62,762 nt of DNA from an uncultured Nitrososphaerales archaeon (GTDB lineage Archaea > Thermoproteota > Nitrososphaeria > Nitrososphaerales > JACAEJ01), in the NCBI GenBank assembly GCA_938091495.1, contig CALLJF010000019.1:1-62762 (forward strand), in the 5' to 3' direction. This document shows, in pieces, positions 9,552-19,423 of this stretch. A program made the translations under genes and the position numbers. Position 1 is the first letter of the stretch; every line of letters starts with the position of its first letter. The notes beneath the pieces were generated by a model. It was not told the origin of the DNA. It was given only the letters and a program-made list of their open reading frames with translations, and did not search any database.

Positions 9552-10850
9552 TTAGAAATCTGTAATCTTCCTTTGAAATAGAGCTTCCTTCAAAATTAAG
9601 CTATGCTCTATCCATTTGTCAAGAGGTACTGTAAGAACTTTAAAAGCAAAATTCAAGGCAGATTGTAAACTATCGAACTTCTTTGGTTCCCTTTTTAATG
9701 CACTTCTCATACTTTCCCTGACATTCCAAACGCCAACAGGTAAGATGTAGCCTGGATGAATCTCTCTTAAAACAAGGACCTTTGCTTGTCTTTTCATCTC
9801 TTTTAGCTTCTCAGTCGCTGCTAGCCTTGCGGAATAATAGCATCCACCTACATTAGCATAAGTGGACCTTCCCACGTAGCTTTCATAGTCACCCATTATG
9901 GCTGGAGTTTTTCCTCCAACATTCCACACAGTTCCAGGGAACCATGCCTCTATCCACTCAAATCCCCATTCCTCTGGCATGAATATTGCTAGGAATGTAT
10001 TATCTAAATTTCTAAAAAAGTACACCTCATAATCATCCAAACTATCGTATTGCTTTATTTCCTTTATCAGCCAAAGGGAGATTGTATCATCAACTGCTGT
10101 AATGCTCCACCTCGTAGGAACTAACTTCCTTCTATTCCCAACTCCTAACATGCCGACACTTAACGCACGTTGAATTCTGCTGACCAGAACCCCATCATCA
10201 TACAACTTAACGATAGCTTCAGAAGCCCTCATATCTCTATCATAGTAGGCTTTTTCTATTCTTCTATCAACTCTAATGTTAGAAGTTTTAAAAGATTTTA
10301 GCAATGATGAAGGGCCAAAAGGTTGGGCATCCTCGCTAAAAGATATTACGCCTGTAGGTCTTTTTTTGAATATAGCCTCGGAATCTACAGAAGATATGCT
10401 CATAGACAACTCTTGAATTAGATCAAGCAAACGATTACCCTTAATGGCATCAAATATGTTCATTCTGATCTTACCCCTGATTAAACTGAGGCGATATTCT
10501 ATGATTTCATCTATAGACTTACCTACCCAAAGCTCAGGAGTATCAAGTATCTTAGTATTACCAAAGTATGGAGGCAACATAGGACCAACGTAGACCTTTG
10601 GATACCCTATTCTCCCTACAAAAGATCCTGGTGGAGTTGAGCCTTCAACCCTCTCTGATATCAGAGAAGAGCTTTTTACCACTAATTTGGCTTTAGCTAT
10701 GATAGGACAACTTAACTTTCCACATAGCATTCTTCCTCCTTTACAGATTAAGCATAATTTTGATGCCTCTCCAGTTAATATATTGTATAGTAAGGATTCA
10801 CTCAATAATTCATCTTTAATCCAATTATCATTCAATGGCTCATATATCAT
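9552..10850 (-). CDS. nreA: Archaeal Nre DNA repair protein (PCNA-interacting)
   Basis: CLICKG..LCGKLSCP, LVPTRWSITAVD, GVWNVRE, C-terminal PIP box QRKITDF. Confidence 0.9.
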   Translation of the reverse strand: MIYEPLNDNWIKDELLSESLLYNILTGEASKLCLICKGGRMLCGKLSCPIIAKAKLVVKSSSLISERVEGSTPPGSFVGRIGYPKVYVGPMLPPYFGNTKILDTPELWVGKSIDEIIEYRLSLIRGKIRMNIFDAIKGNRLLDLIQELSMSISSVDSEAIFKKRPTGVISFSEDAQPFGPSSLLKSFKTSNIRVDRRIEKAYYDRDMRASEAIVKLYDDGVLVSRIQRALSVGMLGVGNRRKLVPTRWSITAVDDTISLWLIKEIKQYDSLDDYEVYFFRNLDNTFLAIFMPEEWGFEWIEAWFPGTVWNVGGKTPAIMGDYESYVGRSTYANVGGCYYSARLAATEKLKEMKRQAKVLVLREIHPGYILPVGVWNVRESMRSALKREPKKFDSLQSALNFAFKVLTVPLDKWIEHSLILKEALFQRKITDF

Positions 10851-10953
10851 TAAACTGATATATAATCATACCATCAGAAAAATTCGTATTGAAAATCAAG
10901 AATGAAGGAAAGTCAAAATTCAATATAAATATGAGTTCGATTCTTCTTGATCT

Positions 10954-11208
10954 ATGGCTAAATTTGCAATTCTTAAGACTGATGGTCGTAGAGTGATAAA
11001 ATACAATCTTGATGATGATGAGAAAGACCTTGGCTCAATAATGAACCTTTGCATAAAAGGATGTGAATCTTTGTTGAAAGAAATCAAGAACGATGATGAT
11101 AGAACCTTTGTTAGGCATGAGATTGCACTAATGAGACAGACTAAAGAGCAATGGCAAAATTTGATCAAGGCCTTTAGCAGAGTCAAGCCTTCACAAGAAT
11201 TCATATGA
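10954..11208 (+). CDS. Hypothetical protein
   Basis: ATG-started 84 aa ORF filling the intergenic space, protein-like composition. Confidence 0.55.
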   Translation: MAKFAILKTDGRRVIKYNLDDDEKDLGSIMNLCIKGCESLLKEIKNDDDRTFVRHEIALMRQTKEQWQNLIKAFSRVKPSQEFI

Positions 11209-11235
11209 TAACTGATCATTTTAATGCGAAGACAA

Positions 11236-12216
11236 TCAATCTATAAGACCCTTTATCACTTCAAGCCAAGCTCTGGCAACATTATCAGGATTGTATCCTC
11301 CTCCACCTAAAGCAAGTATTCTTCCATCACATAACTCATGTGAGATTTTATGCAGCTTCTTTGTTGCGTATCTATGGGCTTCCTCTGTATACTGCAGATG
11401 CGCATGGGGATCATTTTTCAACCCGTCTGCTCCACATTGGAATATGATCAGTTCAGGCTTTATCTTATAGGCAAATTTCTCCACTTTGGTGAAAGCTTCT
11501 TTGAATTCTTTGTCTCCAGATTTAGGAGCTAATGGCAGGTTCATCTTAGTCCCTACCGCTTCTCCAGAACCAGTCTCTGTGCTAAAGCCAGTACCTGGAT
11601 AGAGAAATCTTCCATCCTCGTGTATGTCAGCTATGTATACAGCTGGGTCGTTATTGAGGTCATAGAAGACGCCATTCCCATGATGAGCATCTATGTCAAC
11701 ATACAATATTCTCTTAAGACCATAAGTCTTCTTAGCATAGATTATAGCTATTGCAGCATCGTTGAATACACATAATCCTTCAGACCTGGTCCTTCTTGCA
11801 TGATGCGTTCCTCCTATTGGGTTGAATGTGTGATCAAATTCCTTTCTCATAAGCATATCTAAGCCAAGAATAGTAGAGCCTACAAGATAACTCGCTGCCT
11901 CGAAGATGCCCTTGAAGGCCGGGGTCTCTCCATAACCCCTTAAACCAAAACATACCGGGGCATCCCCATAATCCAGGTAACCAAAACCTTGTTCTGAAGC
12001 CTTCTTAACAAAGTCTACATGCTCTTTTGTATGGAATAGAAGAAGAATCTCATCGCTTGTCAGAACCGGCCCGACGATTTTGACTCTTCCTTTTTTGAAA
12101 ATACCTTCCTTTTCGAGCATCTGCTGGAAGGCTTCTAGCCTTTCATTAGCCAGTGGAGAGTCTGGGAAGGAGTACTTTTTGAATTCATCTCCCAGGATCA
12201 TTCCAACGTTGCACAT
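11236..12216 (-). CDS. Histone deacetylase/AcuC family Zn-dependent deacetylase
   Basis: GGTHHA, DIDAHHGNG, YPGTG, GADG, GGGGY motifs. Confidence 0.92.
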   Translation of the reverse strand: MCNVGMILGDEFKKYSFPDSPLANERLEAFQQMLEKEGIFKKGRVKIVGPVLTSDEILLLFHTKEHVDFVKKASEQGFGYLDYGDAPVCFGLRGYGETPAFKGIFEAASYLVGSTILGLDMLMRKEFDHTFNPIGGTHHARRTRSEGLCVFNDAAIAIIYAKKTYGLKRILYVDIDAHHGNGVFYDLNNDPAVYIADIHEDGRFLYPGTGFSTETGSGEAVGTKMNLPLAPKSGDKEFKEAFTKVEKFAYKIKPELIIFQCGADGLKNDPHAHLQYTEEAHRYATKKLHKISHELCDGRILALGGGGYNPDNVARAWLEVIKGLID

Positions 12217-12311
12217 AACGAGATTCTTTTATAATTATGATTTAAAGTTAAGCTTTGTGATGGCCTAGAAGAAGCAGAGTTATTGTTAGTAACTATGAAT
12301 ACGGAATAGAC

Positions 12312-12935
12312 TCACTTCTTACTCTTTTCTAAAAGGTTCTTGATTGCCTTTTTAGCTACATCTATACTCAATCCAAAATACTTTGAGAGATTATCCAATT
12401 CTTTTTCAAATTCTGGGGATAGAGAAGTATAGAAAAGAATCTCTTCAAAAGCAGTATTGCTTGCTTTTCTAATCATTTGCCTTTCAAGAACTTCTAAGTT
12501 GAGAAGTTCTTTTATGATCCTTATCTCTTTATTCCTTATGGATTTGAGTCTTCTTTCAAGATCAAATTTTTCATCTTCTAACTTTTGAAGAACGTCGTAA
12601 AGTCTTTCTTTAGGAACGTTAACTTCATGCTTGACCAAATCCTCTTTTTTGAACGCTTGAAAATAATCAACCCCTCCTTCGCTGTCCAGACTAATTTGAA
12701 CAGGAGTTAGTAAACGATATATCTTTCTAACTAAACCTATACTCTTCTCAGGAATTACGAAGTCAACGAGACCGTTCTTTTTAAGAATTGCAAGATGTTT
12801 CATTACAGCCTGAGGAGTAATACTTAGCATATCTGATAACTCCGATAAGCATCTTGGCCTCTGCATCAGTAGTTTGATAAGGCGAACTCTTGTTACTGAA
12901 CTCGAAATCTCAAGCATTTTTTCATATCTTTCCAT
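12312..12935 (-). CDS. ArsR-type wHTH regulator, probable heat-shock repressor (HSR1/Phr-like)
   Basis: wHTH (TRVRLIKLL..ELSDMLSITPQAVMKHLAILKKNGLV), coiled-coil C-terminus, divergent from hsp20-cdc48. Confidence 0.75.
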   Translation of the reverse strand: MERYEKMLEISSSVTRVRLIKLLMQRPRCLSELSDMLSITPQAVMKHLAILKKNGLVDFVIPEKSIGLVRKIYRLLTPVQISLDSEGGVDYFQAFKKEDLVKHEVNVPKERLYDVLQKLEDEKFDLERRLKSIRNKEIRIIKELLNLEVLERQMIRKASNTAFEEILFYTSLSPEFEKELDNLSKYFGLSIDVAKKAIKNLLEKSKK

Positions 12936-12960
12936 GTTTATCGCAGATATATTACAAGGA

Positions 12961-13002
12961 AAGGTTTATAAGTTTAACCAATGGTTAATAACCCTAGGTA
13001 AG
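12961..13002 (+). promoter_or_regulatory. TATA box plus palindromic heat-shock repressor operator(s)
   Basis: TTTATAA at 12965-12971; perfect inverted repeat TTAACC-AAT-GGTTAA (12974-12988); second imperfect ATAAC-N5-GTAAG (12988-13002). Confidence 0.7.
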
Positions 13003-13004
13003 CA

Positions 13005-13511
13005 ATGTTCGAAGGAAGGAAAAGGTTTAGAGATATTCTCGATGAACTCGACAAACTAATAGATAACATAGAGAAAGACATTGAAGATTCTTTGAAGGGT
13101 ATGTATGAATCTGGTTCAAAATTCTTTTCAAAACCCATGATTTATGGATTCTCGATGAAGATAGAGCCTGATGGCAAGCCAGTTCTAAAGCTCTTTGGTG
13201 ATAGAAAATTTTTGGAAGAAGGTTTCAGAGAGCCTTTTTATGATCAGTTCGTGGATGAAAACAAAGGGGAACTAAAGCTTGTCGTGGAACTTCCTGGCGT
13301 GGAGAAAGAAGATATAGATTTGAATGCTTTGGAAGATGAATTGACGTTATCAGCAGTTCATGGTGATAGGAAGTATAAGGCGAAGATAAAGTTCAAAGTA
13401 TCAGTAGAGCCCGAAAGTGCAACAGCATCTTATCGTAACGGGATACTGGAAGTAACGTTTAAGATAAGGGATAAATCTAATAAAAGATATAAGAAGATAA
13501 AATTGGAGTAA
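13005..13511 (+). CDS. hsp20: Small heat shock protein Hsp20
   Basis: [11 protein letters not shown] and [10 protein letters not shown] alpha-crystallin motifs, C-terminal IxL. Confidence 0.92.
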   Translation: MFEGRKRFRDILDELDKLIDNIEKDIEDSLKGMYESGSKFFSKPMIYGFSMKIEPDGKPVLKLFGDRKFLEEGFREPFYDQFVDENKGELKLVVELPGVEKEDIDLNALEDELTLSAVHGDRKYKAKIKFKVSVEPESATASYRNGILEVTFKIRDKSNKRYKKIKLE

Positions 13512-13519
13512 GGAACAAC

Positions 13520-15685
13520 ATGAGCCAACAATACGTATCTGTAAAGGTCTTGGAAGCTTATACCAAGGATGTTGGCAGAGGAGTTGCGAGGATAGACTAT
13601 GATACTATGGATGCTCTTGGTGCCTCTACAGGAGATATAATAGAAATCAGAGGAAAAAGAAGGACTGTTGCAAAAAGCCTTCCATTGTACCCTTCAGATG
13701 AAGGAAAAGGAATAATAAGAATAGATGGGCTTATAAGAAACAATTCTGGAGTTGCAATAGGAGACACAGTTATTCTCAAGAAGATAAGGGCTCTGCCCGC
13801 TGAGAAAGTAGTAGTAGCACCGTTAGAAGCCATACCTCCAATAGATGAGAGGTATCTGGCAGATGCCCTTGAAGGCGTGCCTATAACAAAAGGAGACAAT
13901 GTGATGATACCTTACTTTGGAGGAAGGCTGACTTTTCAGGTTGTTGGAATCAATCCTACGGCTGATGCTGTTTTGGTAACTCAAAGAACCATCTTCGTCA
14001 TATCAGAAAAAGGAGAGATACTTAGAGGGGTTCCACAGGTAACTTATGAAGACATTGGTGGATTAAAGGACGAAATACAGAAAGTAAGGGAGATGATAGA
14101 GCTCCCTCTTAGGCACCCTGAAGTCTTTGAAAAGCTCGGAGTTGAAGCACCTAAGGGAGTTCTGCTTTATGGTCCTCCTGGAACAGGGAAGACGCTTCTG
14201 GCAAAGGCAGTAGCTACTGAAAGTAATGCCCACTTCATAAGCATAAGCGGACCAGAGATTATGAGCAAATTCTATGGAGAATCTGAGGCAAGGCTTAGAG
14301 AGATCTTTAAAGAAGCTAAGGAGAAGGCTCCTAGCATTGTCTTCATAGATGAGATAGACTCGATAGCTCCTAAAAGAGAGGAAGTTACAGGAGAAGTTGA
14401 GAGAAGGGTGGTAAGTCAATTGCTATCCTTGATGGACGGATTGGAAGCCAGAGGAAAGGTCATAGTCATTGCAGCCACGAATAGGCCCAATGCTTTAGAC
14501 CCAGCATTAAGAAGACCTGGCAGATTTGATAGAGAGATAGAGATAAAAGTTCCTGATAAGAAGGGAAGGCTCGAGATACTACAGATTCACACAAGGAACA
14601 TGCCTTTGACCAACGACGTAAATCTTGAGAAGCTGGCTTCAGTAACTCATGGATTCGTTGGTGCAGATCTTGAATACTTGTGTAAAGAGGCTGCCATGAA
14701 GGCCTTAAGAAGAGTTTTACCTGAGCTGAAGCTAGAGGAAGAGAAGTTGCCGCCAGACGTTTTGAACAAGCTGCAAGTCAATGCTGATGATTTTGAAAAC
14801 GCGTTGAAGGATATCACGCCATCAGCCATGAGAGAGGTCTACCTCGAGACGCCGGACGTGAAGTGGAGCGAGATAGGTGGCTTAGAAAATGTTAAGAGGG
14901 AGCTTCAGGAAGCTGTAGAGTGGCCTTTAAAGTATCCTGAGCTATATAAGCAGATGGGCTACACCATGCCGAAAGGGATTCTTCTTTACGGTCCCTCTGG
15001 CACTGGAAAGACACTCTTGGCAAAGGCTGTGGCTACTGAGAGCGAGGCTAATTTCATAAGTATAAGAGGGCCAGAGCTACTCTCAAAATGGGTAGGAGAA
15101 TCAGAGAGGGGAGTTAGGGAGGTATTTAGAAGAGCAAGGCAGGCTGCCCCTTGTATAATATTCTTCGATGAAGTGGATTCTCTTGCACCTATAAGAGGCA
15201 TGGGTGGAGATAGCATGGTCACAGAGAGGGTTGTTAGCCAGCTATTGACAGAATTGGATGGTATTCAAGCCCTTACAGGAGTTGTAGTTTTGGCTGCCAC
15301 TAATAGAATAGACATGGTAGATCCAGCTTTGCTGAGGGCTGGCAGATTTGATAAGCTCATCTACGTACCCTTGCCTGATAAAACTGCGAGAAAGCAGATA
15401 TTAGAAATACATGCAAGAGGGAAGCCTCTTACAGATGTTAATTTAGAGAGAGTAGCTGAAGTAACAGAAGGATTCAGTGGCGCAGACTTGGCTGCCATAA
15501 TAAACACAGCCACTTCCTTGTCTATTCAAGAATTCATAAACAAATATCCTAACCCTGAAGATGCAAAGAAGCATGTAAATGAAGCACTGATAACATCAAA
15601 ACATGTAGAAGAGGCCATAAAGAAGGTAAGAAGCTCAAGAGAAGGCAAGACCATGGAGAAAGTCACTGTTCCATACTATAGGTAG
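13520..15685 (+). CDS. cdc48: CDC48/VCP AAA+ ATPase
   Basis: N-domain plus two AAA modules ([23 protein letters not shown]). Confidence 0.97.
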   Translation: MSQQYVSVKVLEAYTKDVGRGVARIDYDTMDALGASTGDIIEIRGKRRTVAKSLPLYPSDEGKGIIRIDGLIRNNSGVAIGDTVILKKIRALPAEKVVVAPLEAIPPIDERYLADALEGVPITKGDNVMIPYFGGRLTFQVVGINPTADAVLVTQRTIFVISEKGEILRGVPQVTYEDIGGLKDEIQKVREMIELPLRHPEVFEKLGVEAPKGVLLYGPPGTGKTLLAKAVATESNAHFISISGPEIMSKFYGESEARLREIFKEAKEKAPSIVFIDEIDSIAPKREEVTGEVERRVVSQLLSLMDGLEARGKVIVIAATNRPNALDPALRRPGRFDREIEIKVPDKKGRLEILQIHTRNMPLTNDVNLEKLASVTHGFVGADLEYLCKEAAMKALRRVLPELKLEEEKLPPDVLNKLQVNADDFENALKDITPSAMREVYLETPDVKWSEIGGLENVKRELQEAVEWPLKYPELYKQMGYTMPKGILLYGPSGTGKTLLAKAVATESEANFISIRGPELLSKWVGESERGVREVFRRARQAAPCIIFFDEVDSLAPIRGMGGDSMVTERVVSQLLTELDGIQALTGVVVLAATNRIDMVDPALLRAGRFDKLIYVPLPDKTARKQILEIHARGKPLTDVNLERVAEVTEGFSGADLAAIINTATSLSIQEFINKYPNPEDAKKHVNEALITSKHVEEAIKKVRSSREGKTMEKVTVPYYR

Positions 15686-15731
15686 ATTTTTAAGCCGTTC
15701 TCATCAAACAATCAGCTTAAAGTGCCAAGGC

Positions 15732-17324
15732 ATGGAGAAGGACCTAGCAAAGATAATAGGAAGAGGTACCTGGATAGACAAAGTATGTGAGAAGATAGTA
15801 GAGAGAGAGGATAGACTCAAAAGAAATAAAGAAATTCTTCGTGTTGAAAGTGGGATAGGAGCATCCGGGATACCTCATATAGGAAGCCTATCAGATGCCA
15901 TAAGAGCCTATGGTGTGAAGCTAGGGTTAGAGAATATTGGCTACAGATCTGAATTGATAGCCTTCTCCGATGATATGGATGGATTGAGAAAGGTTCCAGC
16001 TGGATTGCCAAAAGACCTATCAAAATTCATTGGAACTCCTGTTTCTATGATACCAGACCCCTTCAAGTGTCATAATTCATACGGTGAGCATATGAGCTCT
16101 TTGCTCAAAGACGCTCTGGATAAATGTAATATTGAATACAAATTTCAGTCTGGGACAGAAGCTTATAAAAGAGGATTATTGAATAAACAAGCAAAGATAC
16201 TGCTAGAGAAGGCTGATTTGATAGGAAGAAAGATAGCAGAAATGCTGGGTCAAAAGAAGTTTGAGAGAGCGTTGCCATATTTCCCATTATGCAATAAATG
16301 TAATAGAATATACGTTGCAGAGGCCTATGAATACTTAGATGAAGGAAAGATTCGATACAAGTGCAAAGGAGCTGAGATAGCCGGCAAATGGGTCGATGGA
16401 TGCAGTTATGAAGGAGAGGCATCGATAACAGATGGGCAAGGAAAGTTAAGCTGGAAGGTTGAGTTTGCGGCAAGATGGTCAGCCCTTGATATAAGGTTCG
16501 AAGCCTATGGCAAGGATATAGCAGACTCAGTAAAAGTAAATGATTGGGTCTCTGACTATGTATTGAATTTCCCTCATCCATACCATGTAAAGTATGAGAT
16601 GTTTCTAGACAAATCTGGAAAGAAGATATCAAAGTCTTTGGGTAACGTTTTCACTCCTCAAACATGGTTCAGATATGGCTCACCACAATCTCTTCTTTTA
16701 CTCATGTTCAAGAGGGTTGCTGGATCACGTAACATATCTATAGACGATATACCTTCTTACATGGATGAATACGATCTGCTTGAAGACATATACTTTGGCA
16801 AGGTAAAGATAGAAAATCCATCAAAGTTGATGAAGTTAAAAGGACTTTATGAATATGTTAACTTATTAAAGCCAAAAGGAAAACCGAGCACTCATGTTCC
16901 TTACAAGATGCTAGTCCAACTCGCATCTATAGCCCCCAAAAAGAAACGTTTAGAATACATCTTGAACAGGCTCTATAGCTATAAGATGATACAAGAGACC
17001 AGCCAGGATTTGATCCAAAGGATAGAATTAGCTTCTAACTGGGCAGATGACTTTAAGACTGTAGAGAAGAGAAAGTTGATCTTAAAAGACAACGAGAAAA
17101 GAGCCATAAAAGAGCTGGCTGAGATCATCGTAAAAGTCGATGATGCTGAGAAGATTCAAGAAAAGATATTTGAAGTTGCTAGAAAGAATGAATTAGATCC
17201 TCCCATTCTATTCAAATTGATCTATCAGATTCTAATAGGCTCTGATAGAGGCCCGAGGCTAGGAAGATACATAGTAGACATAGGAAGAGAAGATGTTGCT
17301 AGACTCCTATTAGAGCAATTATGA
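15732..17324 (+). CDS. lysS: Class I lysyl-tRNA synthetase
   Basis: HIGS and KISKS motifs, SDDMDGLRKVP, GPRLG. Confidence 0.95.
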   Translation: MEKDLAKIIGRGTWIDKVCEKIVEREDRLKRNKEILRVESGIGASGIPHIGSLSDAIRAYGVKLGLENIGYRSELIAFSDDMDGLRKVPAGLPKDLSKFIGTPVSMIPDPFKCHNSYGEHMSSLLKDALDKCNIEYKFQSGTEAYKRGLLNKQAKILLEKADLIGRKIAEMLGQKKFERALPYFPLCNKCNRIYVAEAYEYLDEGKIRYKCKGAEIAGKWVDGCSYEGEASITDGQGKLSWKVEFAARWSALDIRFEAYGKDIADSVKVNDWVSDYVLNFPHPYHVKYEMFLDKSGKKISKSLGNVFTPQTWFRYGSPQSLLLLMFKRVAGSRNISIDDIPSYMDEYDLLEDIYFGKVKIENPSKLMKLKGLYEYVNLLKPKGKPSTHVPYKMLVQLASIAPKKKRLEYILNRLYSYKMIQETSQDLIQRIELASNWADDFKTVEKRKLILKDNEKRAIKELAEIIVKVDDAEKIQEKIFEVARKNELDPPILFKLIYQILIGSDRGPRLGRYIVDIGREDVARLLLEQL

Positions 17325-17372
17325 TCGATTTGAGACATAAACTTATCTTTATCCTATGATCAAATTGATAAA

Positions 17373-17448
17373 GGGCCCGTGGCCTAGAATGGATTAGGGC
17401 GTCAGCCTGCGGAGCTGAAGGTCGTGGGTTCAAATCCCGCCGGGCCCA
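17373..17448 (+). tRNA. tRNA-Arg(GCG)
   Basis: GGGCCCG/CGGGCCC acceptor stem, TCAGC-CT-GCG-GA-GCTGA anticodon arm, GGTTCAAATCC T-arm. Confidence 0.95.
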
Positions 17449-18331
17449 CTATATCTCGTAAATTAGTTAAGGTCTTTAGCTCTATTGGGCCTTCTTGCTC
17501 TGGGTTAATACCTGTATTAACTTGGTTAATACAGGAGACGAGCAGAATCAACGTGAAGTGATGTATGTTCTTAGTCAGATAGGCATAGCAAGGCCTGATG
17601 TAGCGTTATCTATGCTAAAGAATATGATTAGCAAAAGAATTGATGAGAATTCTCTTTCAAAAATAATCAGAGTTATTGGAGAAACGATCAGAGGACCGTT
17701 AGCAGGAAAAGTTTTGCCTATGCTAGAAGAAATAAAGCAAAAGTATCCGCTCTTGAAGGAAGTTTTTGACAACTCGATAATAGAAATTAGAAATTCTGAA
17801 AAAACAAAACCACTAAGTCCAAATAGTAAAGAGAATCTTTTGTTGAATTCAAGTTTTGAATACGGGTTATCAGGATGGAATAGCACAGGTGGAAGTGTAG
17901 CTTATATACCCGTTAAAAATTTAGGAAGTGGACAACATTGTGTTAAAGGAATTGAAGAGAGGGAAGATAATCTGGGCAGACTCTACCAAGACGTGACTGG
18001 AGTGCTAATACCAGGTCGAAAATACAAGATCAGTGGATGGATTAAAACAGAAAAAGTTGAAGCTAAAGGCGAAAGAGGAGGGGCAGTGCTAGCATTGAAT
18101 TACGTAGACCAATTTGGTTGGACTCCAAGAGACGGTTTTGTAATGGAGTTAGGTTGGAAGGAAAAGGAAAAAAGGATGGTGGGAACAAGGGATTGGACTT
18201 ATTTTGAAAGTGAAGAATTCACTCTTCCTCCAATGCCAAGTGATTGCATTGCTTTGTGGTTTTTGCTGGATTTTAATGATGGAAAGGGGACAGCCTATTG
18301 GGATGATTTATCACTAACCGAAGTCAAATAA
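17449..18331 (+). pseudogene. 5'-truncated HEAT-like repeat plus carbohydrate-binding (CBM4/9-like) domain protein
   Basis: NSSFEYGLSGW..LYQDV..GRKYKISGWIKT..AYWDDLSL (CBM-like); HEAT-like sequence continues upstream in another frame (SIGPSCSGLIPVL) up to the tRNA end. Confidence 0.55.
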
Positions 18332-18356
18332 GAGTATAGATTAAAATAGTTAAACT

Positions 18357-18530
18357 ATGGAAACCTAGATAGAGCTTTCTATGAAAGAGAAACGATAACA
18401 GTTGCCAAAGGACTGCTAGGCAAGCTTCTAGTGAGAAGAACCAATCAAGACAATATTAATATATAGGCAAGATAGTCGAAGTTGAAGCATATTGTTGCTC
18501 TGATGATCCTGCAAGCCATCCTAGATCCTC
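18357..18530 (+). pseudogene. mpg: Remnant of 3-methyladenine DNA glycosylase (AAG/Mpg family)
   Basis: METLDRAFYERETITVAKGLLGKLLVR, then frameshifted GKIVEVEAY..DDPASH; the rest is missing. Confidence 0.8.
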
Positions 18531-18595
18531 CAGCTTCTTCTTCACTATACGTTCAGCGCTTATACCTTTTGAGTAAGCAGACCTTCGACGGTTTT

Positions 18596-19423
18596 TCACA
18601 CCGTCCTTAGCTTAAAGTTCACTTGATTATACAATGCATCACGACTATTTCTAGTCAGTTCAATCTCTTTTTCAATCAGGAAGTAATCTATATTTGATTT
18701 GGTAACTTTCTTGATTTGATTCTTCCTAGCCCACTCTAAACACTCTTCGACAAGCTTTGGTAAAAGCTCCTTCTCTTTCTCTATCCGCTCTTTTTCCTTC
18801 TTCAGGCGCTCCTGTTCAAACTTCTGTCTGACTATTGCTTCAACTTTCTCTATCTTTAATCGCAGTTTGGGTTCAAGGGACCATCTATGGATGCCTTTCT
18901 GTTCCCAAAATAATTCGGTGTTACGATAACCAATCATATTTGCTTCAGGGAATTCTTTAGACAAGAACGCCAACATTTCATCTGCAAGCTGATTCTCATC
19001 CTTACTTTGAATTTCTTTTAACACTTCTTCAGGGATTTGCTCTTCAACTCCATACCTAATCGCTATTGGTGGTTTCTTCATTTCATGCTCTTCTTTGATA
19101 GATTCTATCCACCATTCAGCCTGCTTTTCAAAAATATATGTTACACCATCTTTTATCCACGCAAGTTTAAGTGAACCTATCTCGTTAGTATGCTCATCCT
19201 CATCTTTATCTATCCCAACAATTATTGTCTTCGCACCTTCTTCTTTAGCTATTTCAATAAATGACTTCCAGTCATCACTTTCCGAGCTCCAAGTTACTTG
19301 GTTGAGAAATCCCTCATCAAGCGTTAACTTACCAGGAAAGATTCTAAGATTTTGTGACTTTATATATTCAACTACTTCTTCATAGATTTTATTCAAGTTC
19401 TCTGTTTCCGTCAATTCAATCAC
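18596..19423 (-). CDS. Hypothetical protein, last gene of the Argonaute/NurA-HerA-Mre11-Rad50 operon
   Basis: 275 aa ORF overlapping the rad50 end by 8 bp; acidic N-terminus, charged coiled coil. Confidence 0.75.
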   Translation of the reverse strand: MIELTETENLNKIYEEVVEYIKSQNLRIFPGKLTLDEGFLNQVTWSSESDDWKSFIEIAKEEGAKTIIVGIDKDEDEHTNEIGSLKLAWIKDGVTYIFEKQAEWWIESIKEEHEMKKPPIAIRYGVEEQIPEEVLKEIQSKDENQLADEMLAFLSKEFPEANMIGYRNTELFWEQKGIHRWSLEPKLRLKIEKVEAIVRQKFEQERLKKEKERIEKEKELLPKLVEECLEWARKNQIKKVTKSNIDYFLIEKEIELTRNSRDALYNQVNFKLRTV

